Origin: a virus
Virus record (IMG/VR): IMGVR_UViG_3300032163_000008
Span: 15,205-79,204 of that record
Reading direction: 5' to 3' (one strand)
DNA: 64,000 bases
This document shows positions 27,323 to 38,632 of the stretch, one piece after another. The first letter of the stretch is position 1. The number at the start of each line of letters is the position of its first letter. Position numbers and translations under genes: made by a program. Below the pieces are notes generated by a model. The model made no database searches, had not been told where the DNA came from, and worked only from the letters and a program-made list of their open reading frames with translations.

Positions 27323-29077
27323 ATGGCCATAATCAATGCAGATGTAACCATCTATGGGCAGTTAGAATTAGGTAAAACAAACAAAGTAATATTAAGTAAC
27401 GCATCGCAGACAGCGAACAGGACTTTCACGATTCCTGATACGGCAGGGGACATTGTTGTTGATGTAGCTTCTCAAACGCTTACAAACAAGACTCTCACAA
27501 GTCCTAAAATCAACGAGAACGTAGTTCTCGCAGCAACTTCAACGACATTAGACGATGCCGTTGCTAAAAAGCACACACAAAATACAGACACAGGTACAAC
27601 TGATGCTGGATTTGTTATTAACAGTGGATCATCAGTTAAAAAGTTCACGATCACTACTGGTGGTCTAGCAGCAAACAGAAGCTTAGACGCAGCAGATATC
27701 GTCGATCTCTCTACGAATCAGACTCTAACGACTAAGACAATCAACGCAACGAACAACACAATCAGTAATTTAACGACAGGGATGTTCGCAGCCGGCGTTA
27801 TTGATACTGATGGAACTCTCGCGGCAAACTCCGATACGGTACTAGCTACTCAAAAAGCTATCGTAACATATGTAAATCATCAAATTGGTGATCAAAGCTT
27901 AAACGGCCTATCTGACGTTGTAATCGCTACTCCAACAGTAGCACAGATGATTCTGTTTGATGACTCTGATGCTCTTTGGAAAAATGTATCAATGTCTGGT
28001 GACGCTGTCACTACTAAGCTAGGCGTTGTTACAGTTTCGAAAATTGGTGGAAAATCAATTAGCCTTGCTAACTCATTCACTACTACAGGCAACTTCGCAG
28101 TTACCTTAGCAGCAGGAGCTACAACAAGCTTGACCCTTCCAGCTTCTGGAACTCTTGCAACTCTCGCTGGTGTTGAATCTTTCACAAACAAGACTCTTAC
28201 AAGTCCTAAGATTAATGAAGATGTAGTACTTGCTTCTACATCAACTCAACTAGACAGTGCAGTTGCTCTAAAGCACACACAGAATACAGACACAGGTACA
28301 ACTGCATCATCATTCAACATCCTTAGTGGTGGGACTGGTGTTAAGTTAAAGGTTGCAGCTGGTGGAGTTCTTGAGCTTCGTAATCTAGCAGATAATGCTT
28401 ACGCAGACTTCAAAGCAAAGAATGCTACATTCACAGGTAATGTAACACACATTGATTCAACAGACATCTTAATCGCTGACCCGATCATCACGTTGAATTC
28501 AAACCTCGCTGATAATGCAAACAACGCAAGTGGTGGTATCGAAATCAAGAGACTTGATGACGAAACCGCAACAGGTAGAGCAATCGAATCAATCACGAAG
28601 CTATCTAATGTTTTAGTAGTTAGTGATGCAGGTCATGGTATCGTAGCAAGTGATCGTATCCAACTCGTTGGATGTACTAACCCTCTAAATGATGGTTACT
28701 ATGCAGTAGCAAGTATTGATGGCGCTTCGATCACAATCGACCCAGTCTTCCAAGAATTCGCTGCAGACCAAGCACTTCCAGCTGGTACGGTTGCTAAGGC
28801 AGTTAACGCTATTATCGAATGGAACGAAGGCGATAAATTATGGGAAGCTGGGTATAACACCCTTATTCTTCCAATTGTTCGTAGAGTCGTGATTCCAAAG
28901 ACTTCTAGCACAACTTGGACACTAACACACAACTTAGGTGTAAAAGAGGTTTCAGTGGTAATTTATGCCTCTGATGACACTCAAGTTTACCCTGATACTG
29001 TTACGCTAACAAGTACTTCTGTTACGACAGTAACTTTCCATGACGCTCAAGCAGGATATGCAGTAGTTATTGGCTAG
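27323..29077 (+). CDS. Fibre protein
   Basis: TLTNKTLTSPKINE...HTQNTDTGT repeats; C-terminal WTLTHNLG. Confidence 0.75.
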   Translation: MAIINADVTIYGQLELGKTNKVILSNASQTANRTFTIPDTAGDIVVDVASQTLTNKTLTSPKINENVVLAATSTTLDDAVAKKHTQNTDTGTTDAGFVINSGSSVKKFTITTGGLAANRSLDAADIVDLSTNQTLTTKTINATNNTISNLTTGMFAAGVIDTDGTLAANSDTVLATQKAIVTYVNHQIGDQSLNGLSDVVIATPTVAQMILFDDSDALWKNVSMSGDAVTTKLGVVTVSKIGGKSISLANSFTTTGNFAVTLAAGATTSLTLPASGTLATLAGVESFTNKTLTSPKINEDVVLASTSTQLDSAVALKHTQNTDTGTTASSFNILSGGTGVKLKVAAGGVLELRNLADNAYADFKAKNATFTGNVTHIDSTDILIADPIITLNSNLADNANNASGGIEIKRLDDETATGRAIESITKLSNVLVVSDAGHGIVASDRIQLVGCTNPLNDGYYAVASIDGASITIDPVFQEFAADQALPAGTVAKAVNAIIEWNEGDKLWEAGYNTLILPIVRRVVIPKTSSTTWTLTHNLGVKEVSVVIYASDDTQVYPDTVTLTSTSVTTVTFHDAQAGYAVVIG

Positions 29078-29095
29078 TTTTAGGTAGACACAGCG

Positions 29096-29134
29096 ACCCC
29101 TTCGTGTATTGTAAAAAGTACACGAAGGGGTTTA
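29096..29134 (+). terminator. Long stem-loop, probable terminator/attenuator
   Basis: ACCCCTTCGTGTAT...GTACACGAAGGGGT then TTATATT. Confidence 0.65.
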
Positions 29135-29149
29135 TATTAGGAGAAGTAC

Positions 29150-31543
29150 ATGCGGCATAATAGTTCGGACAGCTTTCAAGGCACAGTCAATAAAATTACA
29201 CTAACTCCACCAACTAATGGAGCTACCCTAACTTTAGCAGATGGCAAGACTCTAGCAGTTGACAATAGTTTAACTCTTAGTGGCACGGATGCTTCCACAT
29301 TAAATATTGGTACAGGTGGTACTCTAGGAACTGCAGCTTACACTGCCTCGACAGCATATGATGCTTCTGGAGCAGCAACTACCGCAGTCAGCAATCACGC
29401 AGCATTACAAACGGGTGTTCATGGAATATCAATTACGGCTGCAAAAACTCTTACAGTTAGCAATAGTTTAACATTAGCAGGGACAGATGGCAACTCTCTG
29501 ACTATCGGCGCTAGTGCATCAGTAGCTGGATCCAACACAGGCGATGTAACCCTAGCAACTAACCATGGCCTAGCTCTAACGAATCAGGTCATTGGAATGG
29601 GTACACCTTCAAGTATAACTGACACATCGACAAACGCAGTAACAACGACAACGCACACTCATGCCATAACAGGTTTTGAGGTCACATCCAATAAATCAAA
29701 TAACATTGCAACGGATGCTGCTTCTACGACGAAGTATCCTTCTGTAAAAGCCATAAAGGACTATGCAGATGGATTGGTCGTAGGCCTTCTTGACTACAGA
29801 GGTGGATACGATGCCTCAGTTAATACCTATCCAACAACGGGTGGGTCAGGGTCTGCTGGTGCGGTTCTAAAAGGTGATATGTATGTAATTTCCGTTGGTG
29901 GTACTCTTAGTGGAGTAGCAATTCAAGTTGGAGACATGATCATCGCAACCGTAGATACTCCTGGACAGACAGCAGGAAACTGGAATACCTTAAATACGAA
30001 CATATCCTACGTGGCAGAAGACGTCGCCAATAAAGTTACATCTCTATCAGGAGCTTCAACAAATACTCAGTATACTGGTGCAAAACTAGTTTACGATCAA
30101 TTGGCTCTAAAGGCTAACCTAATAAGCCCAGCATTTACAACGCCAAGCCTAGGTGTGGCGACAGCAACGTCTATCAACGGTGCAACAATCACATCAGGAA
30201 CTCTAAATGGTTCTGTAACAGGGACAAACACAGGGGACGTCACACTAACAGTAAATAGTGGTATGGCTCTTACCGGTCAAGCCCTAAATATGGGTACACC
30301 GTCCACTATCACATCAGCTACAACAAATAGCGTCACTACTACAACACATACACACGCTCTAACAGTTACGAAGTCCGATGTAGGACTAGGTTCTGTAGAA
30401 AACACAGCACTATCTACATGGGCAGGCACTGCTAATGTCATTACATTGGGAACAGTCACAACTGGTACATGGAATGCAGCAACTATTGCTGACGGGAAGA
30501 TTGCCACAGCTCTTACAGGCAAGACATATAATGCTCTAACACTGACAGCACTAGCAACCGGATTTTCTATTGCTGGTGGAACGACATCAAAAACTCTAAC
30601 AGTTTCAAATACTCTGACTCTTGCCGGTACGGATGGAACGACAATGACGTTTCCAACTACCTCAGCAACCTTAGCCAGAACGGATGCCGCTAATACTTTC
30701 ACAGGACACCAAACAATTGAAGGGGTAACTTCAACAGGTGCAACTGGCACAGGTAATCTAGTATTCAACGGTACTCCTACTCTATTAACTCCAGTATTTA
30801 CAGGTCTTCCAACAGGAACGGGTGTATCAAGCACTGCAACCGCTTCAACCCTAGTTGCTAGAGATGTGAATGGTATGACTACTGCTGCAGGACGTATAAC
30901 ATCAGTAACCTCTACCGCTACAGCGGCCGGTACAACAACTCTAACTTCTAGTAGCAACTACTACCGGGAGTTCACGGGTACGACTACACAAACCCTGGTT
31001 CTTCCCAACGCAACGACACTATCTGTAGGAGCTGAATACAAGATATTTAATAACTCCACTGGTGGATCCATAACAATCAATGTAAATGGTGGAACACTGC
31101 TTTTAACTCTAACGTCAGGATCAGTCGCTACTCTCCTTCTTACATCGAATGGATCTACAGCTGGTACTTGGGACACCACAGTAAATATCCCTGTATATAG
31201 TAATGAAGTCTATTCTGCTGCTACTTTTACTGGTACTGGTGCCGATGCTCTCGTTACTGGTATGGCGATAACTCCACCAGCGGGTATCTACAAGGTATTT
31301 TTTGAAGCTCCCTGTGATTCAACAGTTGCGGGAGGTGTTAACGCAACACTTACCATTCGTGCTGGTGGGGTAGCAAACACTAACTCAACGAGGGCATTGA
31401 TGTTAAGAACGGCAGCTAGAGGATCAATAACTACGGCTGCAATAGTAACGGTTAACGGTTCTCAGGTAATAGATGTCTATGTTAATGCTCCGAATACAGT
31501 AAGTGTTTACAATAGAAGACTTGAAGTAATAAGAATAGAGTAA
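29150..31543 (+). CDS. Thr/Gly/Ala-rich fibre protein
   Basis: TTTTHTHA and SDVGLGSVEN repeats. Confidence 0.75.
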   Translation: MRHNSSDSFQGTVNKITLTPPTNGATLTLADGKTLAVDNSLTLSGTDASTLNIGTGGTLGTAAYTASTAYDASGAATTAVSNHAALQTGVHGISITAAKTLTVSNSLTLAGTDGNSLTIGASASVAGSNTGDVTLATNHGLALTNQVIGMGTPSSITDTSTNAVTTTTHTHAITGFEVTSNKSNNIATDAASTTKYPSVKAIKDYADGLVVGLLDYRGGYDASVNTYPTTGGSGSAGAVLKGDMYVISVGGTLSGVAIQVGDMIIATVDTPGQTAGNWNTLNTNISYVAEDVANKVTSLSGASTNTQYTGAKLVYDQLALKANLISPAFTTPSLGVATATSINGATITSGTLNGSVTGTNTGDVTLTVNSGMALTGQALNMGTPSTITSATTNSVTTTTHTHALTVTKSDVGLGSVENTALSTWAGTANVITLGTVTTGTWNAATIADGKIATALTGKTYNALTLTALATGFSIAGGTTSKTLTVSNTLTLAGTDGTTMTFPTTSATLARTDAANTFTGHQTIEGVTSTGATGTGNLVFNGTPTLLTPVFTGLPTGTGVSSTATASTLVARDVNGMTTAAGRITSVTSTATAAGTTTLTSSSNYYREFTGTTTQTLVLPNATTLSVGAEYKIFNNSTGGSITINVNGGTLLLTLTSGSVATLLLTSNGSTAGTWDTTVNIPVYSNEVYSAATFTGTGADALVTGMAITPPAGIYKVFFEAPCDSTVAGGVNATLTIRAGGVANTNSTRALMLRTAARGSITTAAIVTVNGSQVIDVYVNAPNTVSVYNRRLEVIRIE

Positions 31544-31554
31544 AGGGGAGAAAA

Positions 31555-31824
31555 ATGGCAATTCAGTTAGAAAATTACGAGACACCGTTTGGATTTGTTA
31601 TTCCATACGCATATTGTCGCTTAGACAGTATGATAGGAGATAAGTATACAGTCACAGCTAGGGTAAGAGCCTATACCACACCTACAGCTTTTGGTGAGGG
31701 TAAAGAGGGTGTACTTATGGGAGACTTTAGCTTCACTCCAGCAATGGATGCTGACAACTACATTGCCCAGGGCTATGGCTACTTAATGACTTTACCTCTG
31801 TTCTCTAGTGGAACATGGGTATAG
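31555..31824 (+). CDS. Small protein after fibre gene (possible fibre chaperone)
   Basis: GGGGAG SD; AY.R...QGY.YL..LP.F pattern. Confidence 0.55.
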   Translation: MAIQLENYETPFGFVIPYAYCRLDSMIGDKYTVTARVRAYTTPTAFGEGKEGVLMGDFSFTPAMDADNYIAQGYGYLMTLPLFSSGTWV

Positions 31825-31892
31825 GGAGGGTGAATCCGGAGAAAGAGCTTATACGCAGCTTAACTAGACCATATAGTACTTCCATCAAGGTG

Positions 31893-31900
31893 TATAATTA
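31893..31900 (+). promoter_or_regulatory. TATAATTA putative late promoter
   Basis: Exact octamer upstream of the giant fibre gene. Confidence 0.6.
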
Positions 31901-31936
31901 AGTAGATAAGTCACGTAAAGGAATTAAGCACTAAAG

Positions 31937-34900
31937 ATGGTTCAAAAATTAACTCCTCCAATCCTCTCAGCTGATGAGATTGCAGCCATAAAAAATGCTG
32001 TCAATCCATCTGGAGCCAATCCTTTCTCTACTGGAACCGATGTAACTACTATAGCAGAGAACCTAACAGGTACTACTGCTGACTCCTTCGATATTAAAAA
32101 GAATGGTCCTGCGGGAGTAAAACTTAAAAACTCCAGTGGTGATGTCCAATTTAGAAATCTCGGTGACACAGAATTCGCAAGCATTGAGGCTAAGAATGTA
32201 ACAGTTCATGGAACCCTATTTGCTGACGGTGCCAGTGTAGATCTCGAAGTTGCAACTCTTGAAGTCAAAGACAAAAACATCAGTGTAAATAAAAATGGTG
32301 GTGGAGCTGCTGCTCCTGGTGCAGGTTTTACAGTACTAGGAAATGGTAATTCTGCCTTAGCGGGGATCTTTTACGATCCTACAACAGCGAGCCTGTTTAC
32401 GGCTGGTGATGCAAGTGCTCCAGTAGAGCTCGTAAATATCAACGCGTCACAAGTCCTAACGAATAAAACATACAACGGTGTTCTAGCTAACGTAACAGCA
32501 ACTACGCAGGCTCAGAATGATAATAGCACAAAAGTTGCAACAACAGCTTATGTGGATAGTGCTGTTGCCCCCGAAAGCATGTGGGATCGTGCTGGTGGAG
32601 TAATAACTCCTCATACAGCTGGAGACACTTTAAGTATTCTTGGAGACGTAGAGCTAGCAAATAATAAGTTTATAATTCGAACTGCAACAGGAAACGCTTC
32701 ATTGACAGGAATTTTAACCGCTACTGGAGGTTTCGTAGGAAATCTGACTGGTAATGTCACTGGTCTAGTTAAAACAGGTTCTAGCCTCGAAAATGGAGTT
32801 ACAGCTTCAACCCAGTCACAAAACGACAATAGCACAAAAATAGCCACAACAGCGTATGTAGATGCGGCGATTGCCCCAGAAAATATGTGGGACAGAAGTG
32901 GGACGATTATATCTTCTCGTACAGCCGGAGATAGCTTGTACGTAGATGGTAACTTCAAGGTAAACACAACGAAGTTTGTAGTAGATCCTATAACAGGTAA
33001 TACTACACAAGAGGGTACAGCAACAGCTATTTCTTTTATAGGACCTCTGACAGGAAATGTAACAGGAAACCTAACTGGTATACTCCAAGCCGGATCTAGT
33101 ATTGCGGGTACTGTTACGGCTGTAACACAAGCACCTCTTAATAATTCAACAAAGATTGCTACTACTGCTTATGTAGATGCAGCACTTTCTGGTGAGAGCT
33201 TCTGGGATAGGGCTGGTAACACAATAACATCCCTTGTTCCTACAGACAACTTGAGTATTGGTGGAAACATCGTTATATCAAATACAGGAACACTGACTGC
33301 TGGAACTAATTTTGTCACAAATAGCGCGGGTACCCTTACTAAGGTAGACTTCATCGCTCAAAAATACTCGTCTATAGGAAAAGATATCACGAGCATTGAC
33401 CATAATGTGTCACCAGAGGCTGTATTAGTACTAGGCAAGTCCAGCTATTTCGCTAGTACTGACTCTTATTTTAGAATTGACAGTGTGGCGAATGCTAGAA
33501 TCTTAGAGTTAGACCACTTAGGAGCACTTCGATCTACAGGCAATAAGTTTATATTAGATACTACAACAGGTAACATAACAACCACTGGAACAGTTGTAGC
33601 AAATAACATTTCTGCAACACTTACAGCTGGAAGCTACTTAGCAGACGGCGTTATGTCAACAACCCAGCCAGTAGGAGACGGGTCCAATAAGGTCGCTACT
33701 ACGGCATATGTTGACAATGCCCGATATGTTGTAGATGAGATATGGGATAGAGACCCGACTCTACAGAGGGTATATCTCCACAACTGGGGAGACACTATTG
33801 AGCTCTCCGGTCTTATCACATTCAACCAATTAACCCTAATCGATGATACTCCTGTTAATCTAAGAAATGGAAACAGTACCGTATATTCAGGAGCGGATGG
33901 TTACTTAGACTTTCATGCTACAATAGGTTTTAGATACAATACATCATTAATAACAATAGACGCTGTAACAGGTGACACCTTTATAACCGGTAAACTGGAT
34001 ATAGGAGATAGCTTCACAGTAGCCACAACAAAATTCATGGTTGACAGCGCTACAGGGAACACCACTATTGCTGGTACTCTTGATGTGGCTAAGGATGTTG
34101 CAGTAGCTGTAGATAAGTTTAATATTGATTATCTCACAGGTGACACACTTATTGCAGGTACGCTGGGTGTAACTGGCATCACAGATTTAACTAGTGATCT
34201 GAGAGTAGCTACAACAAAGTTCACAGTAGCTTCAGCAACAGGTAATACTGTTATTGCAGGTACGCTGGATGTAGCTAAAGACCTCAAGGTTAACACAAAT
34301 ATGTTCACCGTAGCTAATGCTACTGGTAATACAATAATAGCTGGTACATTGGATGTGGCCAAGGATTTCAAAGTAAACACAAATGTATTTACTGTTGCAT
34401 ACGCCACAGGCAACACCTATATAGACGGGACTCTAAATGTACATGGCATAACTGACTTAGACAAGGATTTACGAGTAAATACAAACATGTTTACAGTAGA
34501 TAGTGTTACAGGTAATACTCTGGTGGCTGGCACACTTAATGCCACAGGAAGTTTTAAAGTAAATACAAATATGTTTACCGTAGATAGTGCCAACGGTGAC
34601 ACACTTATTGCTGGTACGTTAGGTGTAACTGGCATAACCGATCTCACTGATGACCTGAGAATTGCTACAACAAAATTCACAGTGGCGGCCGCAACTGGTA
34701 ATACGGTTGTTGCAGGTACCCTAGATGTGGCCAAAGATCTTAAAGTAAACACAAATATGTTTACCGTTGATAACACTAATGGTAACACCCTTGTGGCTGG
34801 GACATTAAATGTTACTAAGAGCCTCTATGTAAACACTAATATGTTTACAATCGACAGCACTAATGGTAATACAGCTATAGCAGGTACACTAGATATAGCC

Positions 34901-37900
34901 AAGGACTTCAGAGTAAATACAACGATGTTCACTGTGGCATATGCTACAGGCAACACTCATGTAGACGGAACTTTTAGCGTAAAAGGTATAACTGATCTCA
35001 CAGACGATCTGAGAGTAGCTACAACAAAGTTCACAGTAGCTTCAGCAACAGGTAATACCGTTATAGCGGGTACATTGGATGTAGCCAAGGACTTCAAAGT
35101 AAACACAACGATGTTTACAGTGGCCAATGCTACTGGTAACACACACATTGCTGGAACATTGAATGTAGTAGGGCTATCCACACAAAACGGAGGCATATCA
35201 GTAACTAGTGCCACAGGAGTACAAGTCGCTCAAGTAATGGGTGATAGCTATGCTCTTGGAGGTGTAGGTAATAGCCTTGTAATGACAGACACTCAAACCA
35301 ACGCCTTGATGGGTGTTCAAGTAGACATGGGTGCTTCAAGCCTAGTTCACCACGCATTTCAAGCAAGGGGCTCAAATAACTCAGCAGCCGTTGCCTTCTG
35401 TGCAGACATGCAGACAGGATTTACCGGGATGCTGTACCACGGCATGGTTAACTCAGTCAATAAGTTTATAGTAGACTATCAAGGCAACACGACAATCGCA
35501 GGTACTCTAGGCGTAACAGGCATAACAGATCTATCTGGAAACTTTAGAATATCTACAGATAGATTTACTGTGGCAGCTGCCACAGGTGACACGATTATAA
35601 AAGGAACTCTAGATGTAACTGGAGCCTTGACTCTAGCAGGGTTATCTACTCTAACAGGTGGAATAAGTATAACAACTGCCACAGGAACCCAAATAACTCA
35701 GGTAATGAGTAATAGCTACGCTTTGAATGGAGTAGGAACAAGTATTTCTATGGGAAATACGCAAGTTAATCCTCTAATAGGATTAGTTGTGGATATGGGG
35801 TCTTCAGCGATTGCACACGATGCCTTCAAGGCTAGAGGGTCTAACGCAGCTGCAGCTGATGCCTTTATGGCGGAAATGCAAACAGGCTTTACTGGTAACC
35901 TATTCCATGGTACACTAAACTCAGTCGATAAGTTCGTAGTAGACTATCAAGGTAACACAAATATTGCTGGGACTTTAAATGTAGTAGGGTTATCCACTCA
36001 AAATGGTGGTATCTCTGTAACTAATGCCACTGGAACTCAAGTAGTTCAGGTAATGAGTAATAGTTTTGCATCGGGGGGTATAGGTCAATCCGTAACGGTT
36101 GGTAATACTCAAACCAACGCCCTAATAGGTAACCAGGTAGATTTAGGATCTTCCACAGTTACACACAGTGCCTTCGTAGTAAAGGGATCAAACACAGCAG
36201 TAGCCAATGCATTCTATGCGAATATGCAGACAGGTTATACTGGAAACTACTTCTTGGGTGTACTGAACGCCGTAGAGAAGTTTAAAGTAGACTACCAAGG
36301 TAATGTTACTATTGCTGGAACAATCGCAGTTACGGGACATACAACTTTCGAGGGGGTTACTTCTACAGGCGCAACTGGTACTGGAAAGCTGGTATATGAC
36401 ACAGCTCCTTCCTTCTCTTCAACAATTAATGTGGTAGGGTTATCTACTCAAAATGGTGGAATAAGTATTACTAACGCCACTGGAACTCAAGTAGTTCAAG
36501 TAATGAGCAATGCTTACGCTTCTGGTGGTATTGGAAATAGCATAACACTAGGTAATACACAGTCAAACGCCCTAATAGGTGTTCAAGTAGATTTAGGATC
36601 TTCAGCAGTAGCACATAGCGCTTTCACAGCTAAAGGATCAAATGCCACAACTGCAAACGCGTTCTACGCAAATATGCAGACGGGCTTCGCCGGAAGCTTA
36701 TTCAATGGTGGAGTAAATGGCGTTAATAAGTTTAATGTGGACTACTTAGGAAATGTATCCAATGTAGGTACTCTAATGACTACAGGAATTATTTCAGGGG
36801 CAGCTGGGGCACCTGCAAACGTAGCAGTAACTTCTCGGTATGTTGGAAATTCCACAGACCTCAATACAGCTCTAGCTAATCTAGATGATTCTGAGTTTTA
36901 TAAGGTTATGTCAGGGTTCGCTCAATGGGGAGTTGAAGCTGGATATTATTCTATAGCTTCTGGGTTCTTTACTCTTCTTAAGAGTGGTTTTGGTTTTATT
37001 AAGGGTAAAAAGGTATCTTGGGCAGCCAACCAAGTAACGTCAGCAATCCTACCAGCCCATACGGCTGGATGGCTCTACATCGACAGTTCAGGAATACTAC
37101 TGCAAACACCATCAGTTGGGTCCATATACACAGATGCAATTCCTTTGTTTTACTACTGGTTTGACGGAACCAATTATTTTGTAGAAAAAGAAAATCATCC
37201 CTACTCCTTCCACACAGCTACAGCCACATTCTTCCACCGCACAATCAATGTTATTGTTCGAGGATCAGGAGTAGTAATTTCCAGAGTAGGTTCTGGTACA
37301 GGAACCCTCGCTGCTGATAGGCAGATACAAACAAACGGTGTGGATTCCATAGATGACCACGGTCTATCAACAGCAGTTCCACTTACTAATCCGGTATCTT
37401 GGATAGTTGTTAATACTAACAGCTCTGCACAGTGGGTGCAAAATATCACAGCTACAGAGCTTCCAATTAAATACAACAATGGAGGCACTCCTACAGCGCT
37501 AGACGCTGTTAATGCTTACGCAGTATATACTCTGTATGCTTTACAAGATGACCTAGCCACAGCCACACCGAGGTTTATGGCAGTTATGGATACACAGGTA
37601 TTCACGACGCTGCTCGCAGCTCAACAAGCAGTTGCCAACGGCGCTGTCGCGGTTGCCGCGGGTGAAGTAGAAACAATCGAGCCATGTCAATTAGGTTATG
37701 CAATTGTAGCATACAGCGCAACTGGTGGGTATGTTGCAGATTATGCCGTGGCAAGAAACACATTTAATCAGTCCTTAGTTGGTGGTGGTGCCGGTAGCTC
37801 ACAAGATCATGCTTTCTTAACGGGTCTAGATTATGCAAGTGCGGGTCACACAGGGTTCACAAGTCCAGCTTCCGTGGATGTGTTCACAAATAAGACGTTT

Positions 37901-38614
37901 GACACGGCCGCAACAGGCAACGTATTTAAAGTTAATGCAAATCAGATAAATGCGTACACCGGTACAGGTGCGACAGTAGTACTATCAGCAAGTCCAACCC
38001 TTACAGGAAGTCCTCTAGCACCTACTCAGACAGCACTGGATAATTCAACGAAGATTGCCACTACGGCTTACGTTGATTCAGCAGTTAGTGTAGAGAACCT
38101 CTGGGATCGCGCAAGTACCACAGTAACATTACGCAACTCAGGAGATACTTTAAACCTCAGTGGCGACCTACAGATCGCAACAAATAAAGCAGTAATTGCA
38201 GCGGCTACAGGAAATATAACGAATGCGGGTAACATTACAACGGCAGGCATGATATATGGTCCAGCAGGCTTAACTTACTCAAGAAAAATGACTGGTCAGG
38301 TTAATGGAACAATAAATATTGCTACTATTGGTGCTGCTGACGCAGCATATAGTGGTCTTATCACAGTACAAGCCTGGAAGGCTGGTAAGGCAGTCTCTCA
38401 AACATACAGCGTTGAGGGCAGATATGACGATGGTGGTAATATCACTCAATTAGGATCTATCAACAGAACCAGTGAAACTTGTGTACTTAACATCACAGGA
38501 ACATCGACTAATGTAAAAACACTCAGTGTTACAATTGCTGGTTTTGATGCAGCTTTCGTATTAACCGTTGGAGCTCAGTTATTTGGCGATGGCATTGTAG
38601 CCACAAACCTATAA
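31937..38614 (+). CDS. Giant (2225 aa) repeat-rich fibre protein
   Basis: Five (N)ST/SNK[VI]ATTAYVD...WDR units; 14 tandem 28/34-aa F.V..ATGNT.IAGTL units; four longer GLS...GGIS.T.ATG.Q units. Confidence 0.85.
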   Translation: MVQKLTPPILSADEIAAIKNAVNPSGANPFSTGTDVTTIAENLTGTTADSFDIKKNGPAGVKLKNSSGDVQFRNLGDTEFASIEAKNVTVHGTLFADGASVDLEVATLEVKDKNISVNKNGGGAAAPGAGFTVLGNGNSALAGIFYDPTTASLFTAGDASAPVELVNINASQVLTNKTYNGVLANVTATTQAQNDNSTKVATTAYVDSAVAPESMWDRAGGVITPHTAGDTLSILGDVELANNKFIIRTATGNASLTGILTATGGFVGNLTGNVTGLVKTGSSLENGVTASTQSQNDNSTKIATTAYVDAAIAPENMWDRSGTIISSRTAGDSLYVDGNFKVNTTKFVVDPITGNTTQEGTATAISFIGPLTGNVTGNLTGILQAGSSIAGTVTAVTQAPLNNSTKIATTAYVDAALSGESFWDRAGNTITSLVPTDNLSIGGNIVISNTGTLTAGTNFVTNSAGTLTKVDFIAQKYSSIGKDITSIDHNVSPEAVLVLGKSSYFASTDSYFRIDSVANARILELDHLGALRSTGNKFILDTTTGNITTTGTVVANNISATLTAGSYLADGVMSTTQPVGDGSNKVATTAYVDNARYVVDEIWDRDPTLQRVYLHNWGDTIELSGLITFNQLTLIDDTPVNLRNGNSTVYSGADGYLDFHATIGFRYNTSLITIDAVTGDTFITGKLDIGDSFTVATTKFMVDSATGNTTIAGTLDVAKDVAVAVDKFNIDYLTGDTLIAGTLGVTGITDLTSDLRVATTKFTVASATGNTVIAGTLDVAKDLKVNTNMFTVANATGNTIIAGTLDVAKDFKVNTNVFTVAYATGNTYIDGTLNVHGITDLDKDLRVNTNMFTVDSVTGNTLVAGTLNATGSFKVNTNMFTVDSANGDTLIAGTLGVTGITDLTDDLRIATTKFTVAAATGNTVVAGTLDVAKDLKVNTNMFTVDNTNGNTLVAGTLNVTKSLYVNTNMFTIDSTNGNTAIAGTLDIAKDFRVNTTMFTVAYATGNTHVDGTFSVKGITDLTDDLRVATTKFTVASATGNTVIAGTLDVAKDFKVNTTMFTVANATGNTHIAGTLNVVGLSTQNGGISVTSATGVQVAQVMGDSYALGGVGNSLVMTDTQTNALMGVQVDMGASSLVHHAFQARGSNNSAAVAFCADMQTGFTGMLYHGMVNSVNKFIVDYQGNTTIAGTLGVTGITDLSGNFRISTDRFTVAAATGDTIIKGTLDVTGALTLAGLSTLTGGISITTATGTQITQVMSNSYALNGVGTSISMGNTQVNPLIGLVVDMGSSAIAHDAFKARGSNAAAADAFMAEMQTGFTGNLFHGTLNSVDKFVVDYQGNTNIAGTLNVVGLSTQNGGISVTNATGTQVVQVMSNSFASGGIGQSVTVGNTQTNALIGNQVDLGSSTVTHSAFVVKGSNTAVANAFYANMQTGYTGNYFLGVLNAVEKFKVDYQGNVTIAGTIAVTGHTTFEGVTSTGATGTGKLVYDTAPSFSSTINVVGLSTQNGGISITNATGTQVVQVMSNAYASGGIGNSITLGNTQSNALIGVQVDLGSSAVAHSAFTAKGSNATTANAFYANMQTGFAGSLFNGGVNGVNKFNVDYLGNVSNVGTLMTTGIISGAAGAPANVAVTSRYVGNSTDLNTALANLDDSEFYKVMSGFAQWGVEAGYYSIASGFFTLLKSGFGFIKGKKVSWAANQVTSAILPAHTAGWLYIDSSGILLQTPSVGSIYTDAIPLFYYWFDGTNYFVEKENHPYSFHTATATFFHRTINVIVRGSGVVISRVGSGTGTLAADRQIQTNGVDSIDDHGLSTAVPLTNPVSWIVVNTNSSAQWVQNITATELPIKYNNGGTPTALDAVNAYAVYTLYALQDDLATATPRFMAVMDTQVFTTLLAAQQAVANGAVAVAAGEVETIEPCQLGYAIVAYSATGGYVADYAVARNTFNQSLVGGGAGSSQDHAFLTGLDYASAGHTGFTSPASVDVFTNKTFDTAATGNVFKVNANQINAYTGTGATVVLSASPTLTGSPLAPTQTALDNSTKIATTAYVDSAVSVENLWDRASTTVTLRNSGDTLNLSGDLQIATNKAVIAAATGNITNAGNITTAGMIYGPAGLTYSRKMTGQVNGTINIATIGAADAAYSGLITVQAWKAGKAVSQTYSVEGRYDDGGNITQLGSINRTSETCVLNITGTSTNVKTLSVTIAGFDAAFVLTVGAQLFGDGIVATNL
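33950..35165 (+). repeat. Tandem coding repeat, 14 units of 84/102 bp
   Basis: Seen in the translation; includes an identical 53-bp segment at 34196-34248 and 35006-35058. Confidence 0.85.
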
Positions 38615-38617
38615 TTA
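38610..38617 (+). promoter_or_regulatory. TATAATTA motif overlapping stop codon
   Basis: Exact octamer; may be partly coincidental with TAA. Confidence 0.4.
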
Positions 38618-38632
38618 AGAAGGATATAATAA

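Noticed and set aside
33950-36760. Regularly spaced repeats resembling a CRISPR array
   Set aside because: They are degenerate in-frame coding repeats with third-position variation, have no unique spacers, and there are no cas genes
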